Virus record (IMG/VR): IMGVR_UViG_3300016476_000306
Coordinates: 1 to 42,085 of that record
DNA: 42,085 bases
Source of the DNA: a virus
Taxonomy: Duplodnaviria; Caudoviricetes
Strand: one strand, 5' to 3'
Part shown: one piece after another, positions 1-8,115 of the stretch
How positions within the stretch are numbered: position 1 is the stretch's first letter
Layout of the letters: each line of letters begins with the position of its first letter
Notes under the pieces: model-generated
Told to the model about the DNA's origin: nothing
What the model saw: only the letters and a program-made list of their open reading frames with translations
Database searches by the model: none
Made by a program: the position numbers and the translations under genes

Positions 1-19
1 TGGCCGAGCAGCCAGCACA
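1..19. repeat. Terminal 19-bp direct overlap, identical to 42067-42085; assembly circularisation signature
   Basis: TGGCCGAGCAGCCAGCACA at both ends; the same 19-mer also occurs internally at 38503-38521. Confidence 0.9.
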
Positions 20-464
20 GCAGGAGCCGGTGGCGTGGCTTATTACTGACGAAAACATCAACAGCATCCAAATTGAAAGCATCCAACGCTTAATTGACCG
101 AGCAAGACACGCACACATGACTGACATCAAGTTGCGTATTAACGGGCAAGATGAGTGGCACCAGGCTGATTGGCTGAAGCATTTAACTCGCACCACCCCA
201 CCACACCCCAAAGAGCCAGAGCAGGAGCCTGTGGCGTGGGCAACGCAAATGGGAGAGTACGCACACATCCATTGGTGCGCAAAGCGTCCTGAATACCCGG
301 TGGTCTATGAAGTGCCCCTCTACACATCCCCACCAGCAAGCAAACCGTTGGTTGGGCTGACGGATGGAGAGGTTGTTGATCTGTGTGACGGAAGGCTTAC
401 GACATGGGAGCAAGTCAGGATTGCCCGCGCCATCGAAGCCAAGCTGCGGGAGAAGAACGCATGA
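3..464 (+). CDS. Modular hypothetical protein (AEQPAQQEPVAW / PLYTSPP / IEAKLREKN family), open at the 5' end of the window
   Basis: Frame open from base 3 (ORF track starts at GTG 30); same motif order as 38394-38804. Confidence 0.75.
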   Translation, partial: AEQPAQQEPVAWLITDENINSIQIESIQRLIDRARHAHMTDIKLRINGQDEWHQADWLKHLTRTTPPHPKEPEQEPVAWATQMGEYAHIHWCAKRPEYPVVYEVPLYTSPPASKPLVGLTDGEVVDLCDGRLTTWEQVRIARAIEAKLREKNA

Positions 465-655
465 TGACCGTAAAAGACCTGATGGAAAACCCGTGCCAAT
501 CGTCCCCCGATGGCAATCATTGGGAGCCTGCACTGCCGCAAAATCTTTGGTGGCGCATTCGTTTGCGTGACGCATGGGCTGTGTGGAAGGGCGAGGCAAT
601 CGCCATTCGCCAGACAACTAAGTCCGACCTCGGCATCAAGGAGAAGAACTCATGA
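461..655 (+). CDS. Hypothetical protein, 64 aa
   Basis: ATG at 461 in an ATGA overlap, GGAG upstream. Confidence 0.75.
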   Translation: MMTVKDLMENPCQSSPDGNHWEPALPQNLWWRIRLRDAWAVWKGEAIAIRQTTKSDLGIKEKNS

Positions 656-1365
656 CCACTCAACTTGTTCGTGACTCTATGAAGCTGATGGCTGATGCTG
701 GCGTGGACATTGTGGACATCAAATGGTTTGACCTGTCTGGTGCGTTCACTGACAAGCAACGGGCAGACCTTGACCCGGTGATGACGCACCGACCACCTTT
801 TGACAAATGCTTTGTTGTTTGGCAAGGAAAGACAAGCCATCACCCGAGCTACACCGTCTTGATGATGGTGGCTGGAGATGATCCAGATGAAGGCATCACG
901 GTGTCAATGTGGAAGGGGCCAACCGGGACTCGACTGATGCCGATCCCTGCCATGTTTTACTTCATTGAGGATGACAACATTCGATACGGGTCTGTCAGCG
1001 ATGACGAGCCAGTGGACAAGGAGCTTGCAGAACTCATGTTGGCTCAAATTGGCGCTTGGTACGGTGCGATGGACAGGCGTATTGAGGCGCACATTCCCAC
1101 AGTGCGTGACACATTTACCAACCGCCGGAAGATACAGCAAGGCAAGCTGCCAACCTACGACTGGACAACGGTGTGGATTGAGCCATCTAAGCCCCGCCAA
1201 GAGTCCAAAGGGGGCACACACGCATCACCCCGCCTGCATGAGCGCAGAGGCCACCTGAGAAGGCTAAAGACTGGGAAGAATGTCTGGGTTAAGTCCTGCA
1301 CGGTTGGTGACGCAAGCAAGGGGGCGATATTCCACGACTATGCAATCAAGGAGAAGAACACATGA
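652..1365 (+). CDS. Hypothetical protein with C-terminal SPRLHERRGHLR motif
   Basis: 237 aa ORF, AAGGAG RBS, ATGA coupling at both ends. Confidence 0.85.
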   Translation: MTTQLVRDSMKLMADAGVDIVDIKWFDLSGAFTDKQRADLDPVMTHRPPFDKCFVVWQGKTSHHPSYTVLMMVAGDDPDEGITVSMWKGPTGTRLMPIPAMFYFIEDDNIRYGSVSDDEPVDKELAELMLAQIGAWYGAMDRRIEAHIPTVRDTFTNRRKIQQGKLPTYDWTTVWIEPSKPRQESKGGTHASPRLHERRGHLRRLKTGKNVWVKSCTVGDASKGAIFHDYAIKEKNT

Positions 1366-1586
1366 GCAAACTGAAATCACTTACGTTCGACGAGTACAAA
1401 GTAAACGCCAAGGCGATACTCAACGAAGCGATCGACGAAGAACCCGATGCGGTCATCGTGCTGATGTTCCATCGTGGCACGGGCCAGTTCAAGATCAAGT
1501 GTTCCAAGATCGAGGATCGCCTGAGTTTGATTGGCGCTTTAGAAGAAGCGAAGAACCACGTTCTGGTGAATGGGTACGCATCATGA
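1362..1586 (+). CDS. Hypothetical protein, 74 aa
   Basis: AAGGAG RBS and ATGA overlap. Confidence 0.8.
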   Translation: MSKLKSLTFDEYKVNAKAILNEAIDEEPDAVIVLMFHRGTGQFKIKCSKIEDRLSLIGALEEAKNHVLVNGYAS

Positions 1587-1891
1587 AATCACTAAGCAAA
1601 GTGCACGCAGAAGCCGTCCTCATGGCAAAGACGGAGCATGAAAAGGTCAAAGCTGCCGCTGTCGCAATGGTTGAGCGCCCGGTGGAAATGATTCGCGCCA
1701 TCCTGCTCAAGCACGAACAGGCGGTGATCGAGGTCATGTCTGACTTGGCAAAGGAGCGGGACAGGGCGCGGGAGCTGCTGGAGCGGTGTGAGAACGAGAT
1801 GCGCTATGCCGGATGGACCAAGTTCGAGTCGGACAACCCCGCCCGCAACGGGGTGTATGAACAGGTGAAGGAATTCTTGAAATGCAAATAA
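1583..1891 (+). CDS. Hypothetical helical protein, 102 aa
   Basis: ATG at 1583 overlaps the previous stop; 3' part of track ORF 1280..1891. Confidence 0.7.
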   Translation: MKSLSKVHAEAVLMAKTEHEKVKAAAVAMVERPVEMIRAILLKHEQAVIEVMSDLAKERDRARELLERCENEMRYAGWTKFESDNPARNGVYEQVKEFLKCK

Positions 1892-2118
1892 CGATCTACA
1901 CCAAATCAAACTGCCCCAACTGCGTGAGCGCCAAGCAACTGCTCAAGAGCAAAGGGTTGACGCACAACACGATTGACATTGAACAGAACCCCGAAACAGC
2001 CAAGATTCTTTTTTCTCAGTATCCAGAAGCCCGACAAATGCCCCAAATCTTCATCGACGGCCAGCGCGTGGGTGGTCTGGCTGGGTTGCAGGCTGCTTTG
2101 AAACAGTTAGGAATTTGA
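1882..2118 (+). CDS. Glutaredoxin (GrxC/NrdH-like)
   Basis: IYTKSNCPNC active site and MPQIFIDGQRVGG motif. Confidence 0.92.
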   Translation: MQITIYTKSNCPNCVSAKQLLKSKGLTHNTIDIEQNPETAKILFSQYPEARQMPQIFIDGQRVGGLAGLQAALKQLGI

Positions 2119-2119
2119 G

Positions 2120-2458
2120 ATGAACAGAAAAGAAATCGACAAACTGTGGAACAAGGCGATCCGCGAAGCAATGGACGAAGGCTGCCTATACACCCGCTAT
2201 CACTTCGCTGAACTTGTCGCTGCTGCCGAGCGTAACAAGCTGGCTGCATGGATGATCCAGCGTGGTTACGCCACCGGGCACGGCGACACCACAGAAAACC
2301 TTCTCAATGAACTTGATTGGCAAGTATTGGCGAATTGGAGCAGCGCCATGAAGACCGGTGCAGAAAACGAGCGTGAAGCGTGTGCAAAGGTGGCCGATGA
2401 TACCGATCCTGTTTGGTATTCGATTAGCGCCGCCATCCGCGCAAGGGGGCAGGCATGA
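2120..2458 (+). CDS. Modular hypothetical protein (AAAER / EREACA / AAIRARGQA family)
   Basis: 112 aa ORF; shares motifs and a 31-bp 3' repeat with 39757-40029. Confidence 0.8.
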   Translation: MNRKEIDKLWNKAIREAMDEGCLYTRYHFAELVAAAERNKLAAWMIQRGYATGHGDTTENLLNELDWQVLANWSSAMKTGAENEREACAKVADDTDPVWYSISAAIRARGQA

Positions 2459-2604
2459 GTATCGAACACCTAATTGTTGGCGCAACAGGTATCGGATATT
2501 TGATTGTTGGTGTTTTGCAATGGATTAAAGGCGATCTGCCCAATGGAATGATTTGGACTGGGTACGCCTTTGCTCAGGTAGGACTGTGGCTCAATATTCG
2601 CTGA
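2455..2604 (+). CDS. Small two-TM membrane protein, 49 aa (not in ORF track)
   Basis: Manual translation MSIEHLIVGATGIGYLIVGVLQWIKGDLPNGMIWTGYAFAQVGLWLNIR*; ATGA overlap. Confidence 0.7.
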   Translation: MSIEHLIVGATGIGYLIVGVLQWIKGDLPNGMIWTGYAFAQVGLWLNIR

Positions 2605-3565
2605 CATCAATAATTTGACCGCGAAACTGGATTTTTCCTTCAGACCATTTTTGAGCCAACTCAGGCATCAAAAGCTCCCCGTCAACAAATGTCAAAACTA
2701 CAAAACCTGAACGCCAGTTGGTTGGGGAGTCTTCAAGGTAATCCACAAATTGCGGTCCTTCAATGTCTGCCAAAGTACCAGTATCAACGCCATAACGGGT
2801 TCCGTTATAGTCAGTATATGGCGTTACTTTCAAGCTGTGTAAATGACCAGTTACGATGGTTTTGCCGCTTCCAACGGTGTTGTTGTGGGTGGCATGGATA
2901 CCGCCTTTGTATCGGTGCTTGACAACTACCTTGTCTGTTAGCCATGTAGACCAGCATGGTTCCCAAGCAGGGAAATGGTCTTTAAGATGAAATCCTTTGA
3001 CGCCCTCAAACTCTGAGGCATTTTGAGCCAAACGATTTTCAAATCTACTGTCATGATTGCCAAGTGGCCAAATTAGTTTGACATTATGTCTAGCCTTTTT
3101 GGCAGTTTCCTCAATTTCTCCAAGATACATTTCACACGCCTTAAGCTCCTGAATAACAGAAGGCTTGGAATCCCAACCAATGCGTGGAAAACGAGAGATA
3201 GAAGCGCCATCAAAAGCATCGCCGTTACACACAACCGCTTTGGGCTGAAGGTGCTCAATTGCCCATAAAAGTCCTTTAAAAGCCGTGGTTCGTATACCTG
3301 GCCATAGGTGTGCGTCTGAGAAAATAATGACGGTTCCATTTTCAATTCCAGCCATGTATCTGGCACTATGCTTGTGAGCAGTTTGCCTGTGTTCTTGCTG
3401 TTTTTGATTGGAGTCCAACTTGATTTTGTACTGCATTTCAAGATTGCGACGACGCTTATAAGCATTTCTTACAGTAACGCCAATTGCTCTGGCTACTTTT
3501 TCGCCATTTTTTAGTTTTTGCCAAAGTTCAATAAACTCCGAATCACTGATTGCTGGCTGGGTCAT
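2591..3565 (-). CDS. Calcineurin-like metallophosphoesterase with N-terminal HTH-like region
   Basis: Motifs SDAH, GDAFD, GNHD, H, GHLH in the expected order; start reassigned to MTQPA at 3565. Confidence 0.88.
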   Translation of the reverse strand: MTQPAISDSEFIELWQKLKNGEKVARAIGVTVRNAYKRRRNLEMQYKIKLDSNQKQQEHRQTAHKHSARYMAGIENGTVIIFSDAHLWPGIRTTAFKGLLWAIEHLQPKAVVCNGDAFDGASISRFPRIGWDSKPSVIQELKACEMYLGEIEETAKKARHNVKLIWPLGNHDSRFENRLAQNASEFEGVKGFHLKDHFPAWEPCWSTWLTDKVVVKHRYKGGIHATHNNTVGSGKTIVTGHLHSLKVTPYTDYNGTRYGVDTGTLADIEGPQFVDYLEDSPTNWRSGFVVLTFVDGELLMPELAQKWSEGKIQFRGQIIDVSEY

Positions 3566-3914
3566 ACAAGACTCTTTCAAGTACATTAATTACACGATGC
3601 TCGGCAGACTCAAGTTGCTCATCCGTCGATCTATGATCAGATGCAACAGAAACCAAGTCATGCAAAAAGATATGCAAAATCTCATGCAAAGCAGTTTTGC
3701 TTAGAGACTCTTTGGTGATTTGCTCTGCTCCAAAATCACCAATTCTATAAGTTGCCAACCTTGCAGGAACATCAAACTCAACAGAGGCCATCGCATTCTT
3801 GGCCGGTTTGATTCCCCGTTCAATCCTCCAATCCCCAAGAAACAGTTTTTGTTGCCAAAAAGCAACATACTCATCAAACTGCTTCACTTGCTCGGGATCG
3901 GGGATGTTTTTCAT
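3543..3914 (-). CDS. Small zincin-like (HEXXH) protein
   Basis: ALHEILH motif followed by an acidic helix (SAEHRVIN). Confidence 0.7.
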   Translation of the reverse strand: MKNIPDPEQVKQFDEYVAFWQQKLFLGDWRIERGIKPAKNAMASVEFDVPARLATYRIGDFGAEQITKESLSKTALHEILHIFLHDLVSVASDHRSTDEQLESAEHRVINVLERVLYDPASNQ

Positions 3915-4423
3915 TTCAGCATTTTCAGAGCATTTTGTTCAACTTGTGTGACACGGTTTGTCCATCCCTTGCCAAAAGTTGACCAGTTTTTAAGTTCTGT
4001 TAAATAACTGAGTCTTCGCTTGGCATAATCTTGGATCAACTGAACTTGATCAAACGCTTTTACAGCCGTCAAAGTCTTCGGACCAATCCAACCATCTGCA
4101 TCTGCGTTTACGCATCCCTGAAGCAGTTTTATGGCCCTTCCCGGACCACTGTTGACCGCCGTATCAAAAACAAAGTAATCAATACCATTAGGCAAGTCGT
4201 TGCAACCCGCCTTATCCCAGTACCGGCGCTTGTACATGGGAGAAACCATTTCTGGCGTCAATGCCCTCATGGCTTTTTCGTCAACAGGATGGCCAATCCA
4301 TTCTTCCCATACAGCTTTTGTTACGCCCAGATTTGTCATTCCACCCGGATCTGCCGGATGATTAACAAAGCCGCCTTCATGCGCCAATACATATTTCAGT
4401 GAGGCATCAAAGTTATGCTTCAT
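3911..4423 (-). CDS. Endolysin, glycoside hydrolase family 108 with C-terminal peptidoglycan-binding domain
   Basis: HEGGFVNHPADPGGMTNLGVT; FDTAVNSG; FGKGWTNRV. Confidence 0.95.
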   Translation of the reverse strand: MKHNFDASLKYVLAHEGGFVNHPADPGGMTNLGVTKAVWEEWIGHPVDEKAMRALTPEMVSPMYKRRYWDKAGCNDLPNGIDYFVFDTAVNSGPGRAIKLLQGCVNADADGWIGPKTLTAVKAFDQVQLIQDYAKRRLSYLTELKNWSTFGKGWTNRVTQVEQNALKMLK

Positions 4424-4587
4424 TTATCAGAAGTAACAACACCCAAAAGACCGGCAACAGCAAGGCCAACAGAAACAATTGCTTCAGACATGCCGGGAGC
4501 AATTGGAACGCCAACAGCGGTCAGCAGTAGGATAAAGCCACGCCAAGTAGACGGCTCTTTTGCGCGATCAAGAATGTAATCTTTCAT
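4420..4587 (-). CDS. Putative holin, 55 aa
   Basis: KEPSTWRG followed by two hydrophobic segments; directly upstream of the endolysin; GGAG RBS. Confidence 0.7.
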   Translation of the reverse strand: MKDYILDRAKEPSTWRGFILLLTAVGVPIAPGMSEAIVSVGLAVAGLLGVVTSDK

Positions 4588-4588
4588 T

Positions 4589-4681
4589 TCATCTCCAGTA
4601 CATAAAAAAAATATGAATACACCAGACAATCATTGCCAGCAAACAAGCCGCAGCAATGAAAGCCAGTGCAAAATCTTTCAT
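4589..4681 (-). CDS. Membrane micropeptide, 30 aa (not in ORF track)
   Basis: MKDFALAFIAAACLLAMIVWCIHIFFMYWR*; fills the gap exactly, ATGA overlap. Confidence 0.55.
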   Translation of the reverse strand: MKDFALAFIAAACLLAMIVWCIHIFFMYWR

Positions 4682-4926
4682 GTCAGTTTCAATCCGTGGT
4701 TTTTCAGGAAGTCCACCAAGATATATCCGATGCCCAAAATTGCAGACCAAACCAAACTGGTCAAACTTTTCTCAATTACAGCATCCCTGAAGCGTATTTT
4801 TCTTGCTTCCGCTTCAATTGCCAACCTAACCCATTGACGCTCTTCTTCTGTTAGCTCTTGAGTTTGAGCTGTTTTAAGAGCGGATGTTATGTCTGCAATG
4901 AGTTGGGCACGTTCTTCTGGCGACAT
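4678..4926 (-). CDS. Single-TM membrane protein (holin/antiholin candidate)
   Basis: C-terminal hydrophobic helix; lies in the lysis cassette. Confidence 0.65.
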   Translation of the reverse strand: MSPEERAQLIADITSALKTAQTQELTEEERQWVRLAIEAEARKIRFRDAVIEKSLTSLVWSAILGIGYILVDFLKNHGLKLT

Positions 4927-4934
4927 TTTCAACC

Positions 4935-6140
4935 TCAATCAATGGTTGGTTTCATTTTCCGACGTTTAGCCAATTCTTCTTTTTCGCCCTTATTGGTTTC
5001 AGAAGGAGCCATCAAAGAAAAGCCAACACTGGTTTTTGGTGCGATATTACCAAGAATTTGACCAATTGCACCCAAACCAAAATCAGAATAATCGCCAGTT
5101 TCTTTGCCTTGCTTGTAAGCCTGAAGCAAGCCAGCAGCGCCAAGAGCATTTGCCGCCAAAGAACCAAGTTGGGCAAGGCTTGCATTCCCTTTAATATATT
5201 CAGGAACATATTCCTGACGAGGGAATGTTCCGCCTTTTTTGCCCTCAACAGGAGCCGGAACAGGGAGCCTTCCCTCTTTTACAGCTTCAACAACTCGGCT
5301 GTATGGCTGGTTTGTACGGCCAAATTCGCGCAACCATGCCTGTTCCGCTTCTGGTCCCATTTGGCCTTCATACCAATGCCAGCCACCTTGCCCGATCACA
5401 TCTCCGGGCATCTTATTGGTCTTACGAGGAGCAGCAGGTAATTTGCCTTCAGGAGCATTTGCCAGTGCTTCGGCAGCAGCTTGTTCAATCTGGGCTTTTG
5501 TTCTACGAATCCGTTGAGTGACACCACTTGCTTTGTCTAGCTCATTAGCCACATCCATTTGAACGGCTTTGGATGGGCTTTCACCAGCGGCTATTGCTTG
5601 AGCAGCACTAGGAGCAGACGGCTCAACAGGCGCTGTAACCATCGGGGGTTGTACAGGGGCTGGAGCTTGTACAGGAGCTTGTACAGGAATCTGAGGAGCT
5701 TGAGCCGTAGGGACATTGTATGTCGGTCCAGAAGGTGCTACCGGAGGCTTTGCACCGATTCCGGCTTCACGGCCTTGCATAAGACGTTCTTTTGCAAGTT
5801 CAATACCAGATTTTGCCGGAGCTTCAATTGTGGGTTCTTGTGCCAAAGTTGGCTCAACTCGCGTTGCGGGAGGAGTGCTTTGGGATTTATACCAGTCATA
5901 TACCGCCTTCCCAGCGGTTGCAAGGCTAGATGCGCCAATCGCAGCAGCAGGCAAATGCCACCAATCATTGCCCAAACGAGAATGAAGATCCTCTTTTGAA
6001 GACAATTCAAAACCTTCACTGCCTTTGGCAAAAGTGTCTTTTTTGCCGCCAGTCTGATAAGAAATTTCAGACTCAATGTCTTTGTCATCAAGACCGGCAG
6101 CTTTGGCCTTTTTGCGGAACTCGTCAGCGTTAAATTCCAT
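4935..6140 (-). CDS. Putative internal virion / DNA-ejection protein, Pro/Ala-rich
   Basis: 401 aa; position after tail genes in podovirus gene order. Confidence 0.6.
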   Translation of the reverse strand: MEFNADEFRKKAKAAGLDDKDIESEISYQTGGKKDTFAKGSEGFELSSKEDLHSRLGNDWWHLPAAAIGASSLATAGKAVYDWYKSQSTPPATRVEPTLAQEPTIEAPAKSGIELAKERLMQGREAGIGAKPPVAPSGPTYNVPTAQAPQIPVQAPVQAPAPVQPPMVTAPVEPSAPSAAQAIAAGESPSKAVQMDVANELDKASGVTQRIRRTKAQIEQAAAEALANAPEGKLPAAPRKTNKMPGDVIGQGGWHWYEGQMGPEAEQAWLREFGRTNQPYSRVVEAVKEGRLPVPAPVEGKKGGTFPRQEYVPEYIKGNASLAQLGSLAANALGAAGLLQAYKQGKETGDYSDFGLGAIGQILGNIAPKTSVGFSLMAPSETNKGEKEELAKRRKMKPTID

Positions 6141-6142
6141 AA

Positions 6143-7756
6143 TTAATCCCTACCGCCAAGACTTCTGGCAATATCCCGTGCAGATGATTTTTTCTGCACT
6201 TCAGGAGCTTTGATAGATCGGCCACGAAGCGATTTCGGCTCCTCTTTTGCCGTGCCGCCAAGGCCAACATCCATTGACCATTGCTCCGCTGGTTTTGCAC
6301 CAGTTTCAGGAGATGCGCCTACCGGCCTTTTCAGAATTTGCTTGTTGCGATCAGCATATTCTTTGCGAAGAGCTTGATATTCAGGAGTATTTGCAAATGC
6401 AGCCTCAAGTTCGCCGGCATTAGGGATCTGACCATTACGCTTATATGTTTCCAATTGACGCTTGCGCCAATCAGCAAACAGTTGAGTGGCATCTTGATTG
6501 AACTCGCCAATCAAAGCAGAAGCCTCACCACGGGCAAATTCGTCACCAATTGAATAGGTCTTCGGGTTAATCAAAAATGGAAGTGAACCATGCTTGGATG
6601 TCAGTTCCAGATTTGATCGTTCAATTGCACCCTGAAGATCAAGGACTCGGCCAAGAATCTGCATTTCTGGAGCGCCAAGGTTCTTAAAGACTTCACTGCG
6701 AATGAAATCATCTTTGTTTTGAGTAAACCCACGTTGGAACTCAGAGCCATTGCTCAGTGTGCTTTGAGCTTGATCCAATTCGGATTTTCCAATAGTTTCA
6801 CCAGTTTCATTAGTGATTTGACCACTGGGAGAAATCTTCCACTTCAAACGACCAAGAACAGCGTCCAAAGACTTTGTTTGGCTTTCAGACAAACGAGCAT
6901 TCTTGTTGTCGGCTTTTTGACGCAGCGCATTCAGTCCTTCAGACAGGGTTTGCGAATAACCCATGGTCCGAGATGTAAACATGCCAATTGCTTTGCGCTG
7001 TTCAGGAGAAAGGTCTGCCTGATTCAGATTTTTCAGGTTCTGTTGCATTTCTGCATACAGATTCTTCAGTTCAGGAGCGCGAGCAGCATACTCATTGGTC
7101 GCTTCGTTGGACTTGGAAAATGCTTTGGCATTAAATCCAGAGATTTCTTTTTGCTGCTGAAATCCCAGAGCATTATCAAGCGAAGCAAGGAAGCCGCCAC
7201 GATCTGCAACTTGCTGACGATCCAAAGGCTTGCCAGTTTCGGAATCAACAACAGAAATAATCTGACCAAGTTCGTTAACGGTTTTTTCTAATTGTTTGCC
7301 ATTACGGTCATAGCCAACAACTGTCGTAGGAGTGCCGCCAGTAACAAAGGTTCGCCACTTGGGATTGCCCATCAACATTTCGACAAATGCCCGCATTTTC
7401 TGAGGCTTGTCGGCAATCGTTTCATAAGCCTTGGATGCGGCAATACGGCCTTCTGGAGTCTGCACTCCACCAGCCTCCATTACGGGCTTGGCAACAGATC
7501 CCATTTCCTCCACGCCTTTGCGCATGATTTCAGCAGAACGCTTAATCACAGGCTCCATGGCGGTGCCTTTGACACGGCTTGTCAAAGAGTACATGGACAC
7601 AGGATCTCCGCTTGCAGCCGCATCCTCGTACATCGAATGGATGTCAATTGGCTGAACAGGAGAAATGCCAACGCCAACAGGGGCGGGAGATTCCATATTG
7701 GGGGGAGCAACAGGACCGGCCTGCATTTCTGTTTTTTCAGGTGCAATAGGTGTCAT
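6143..7756 (-). CDS. Putative internal virion / DNA-ejection protein
   Basis: Large helical ORF; start reassigned to the ATGA overlap at 7756. Confidence 0.6.
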   Translation of the reverse strand: MTPIAPEKTEMQAGPVAPPNMESPAPVGVGISPVQPIDIHSMYEDAAASGDPVSMYSLTSRVKGTAMEPVIKRSAEIMRKGVEEMGSVAKPVMEAGGVQTPEGRIAASKAYETIADKPQKMRAFVEMLMGNPKWRTFVTGGTPTTVVGYDRNGKQLEKTVNELGQIISVVDSETGKPLDRQQVADRGGFLASLDNALGFQQQKEISGFNAKAFSKSNEATNEYAARAPELKNLYAEMQQNLKNLNQADLSPEQRKAIGMFTSRTMGYSQTLSEGLNALRQKADNKNARLSESQTKSLDAVLGRLKWKISPSGQITNETGETIGKSELDQAQSTLSNGSEFQRGFTQNKDDFIRSEVFKNLGAPEMQILGRVLDLQGAIERSNLELTSKHGSLPFLINPKTYSIGDEFARGEASALIGEFNQDATQLFADWRKRQLETYKRNGQIPNAGELEAAFANTPEYQALRKEYADRNKQILKRPVGASPETGAKPAEQWSMDVGLGGTAKEEPKSLRGRSIKAPEVQKKSSARDIARSLGGRD

Positions 7757-8106
7757 TTGTTGAATCCCCAAAAATTATCAATTTGTCCATCGCCATCAGT
7801 GTCAACGCCTTGTTGTGCAGGAGGCTGACCAACTTGAGGCAAAGTCAGGTTAGGAATTGCAAACTGATTTTTTGAAATTCCAAGGCCAGATGATTTGTTA
7901 GGAGCAACACCAACACCACCGCCCAGAGAAACGCCTTGGCCCAATCCGGGAGCAGGAACTCCAACAGGCTTTTCTTGGCCTCCATCGGCAAGCAAAATGC
8001 CAAGCCCTTTAAGCAATGGACTTTTACCGCCAGCAATAGCTTCAGTCAAAGATGGAGCGTTTTGCCAATTCATGAACTCCATGCCAAGGGGCGTATCTCT
8101 TGCCAT
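7753..8106 (-). CDS. Putative virion protein, Gly-rich, 117 aa
   Basis: ORF with GGA-rich RBS inside the ejection cluster. Confidence 0.65.
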   Translation of the reverse strand: MARDTPLGMEFMNWQNAPSLTEAIAGGKSPLLKGLGILLADGGQEKPVGVPAPGLGQGVSLGGGVGVAPNKSSGLGISKNQFAIPNLTLPQVGQPPAQQGVDTDGDGQIDNFWGFNK

Positions 8107-8115
8107 GATTTTTCC

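Noticed and set aside
1-464. Diversity-generating retroelement (TR/VR) explanation for the repeats shared with 38394-38804
   Set aside because: No reverse transcriptase is present, the repeats are only 20-40 bp, and the intervening sequence is unrelated rather than mutated at adenines.
433-1365. CRISPR-like or guide-RNA array
   Set aside because: Spacing is irregular (about 190 and 710 bp), the repeats are protein-coding, and no cas-like gene is present.
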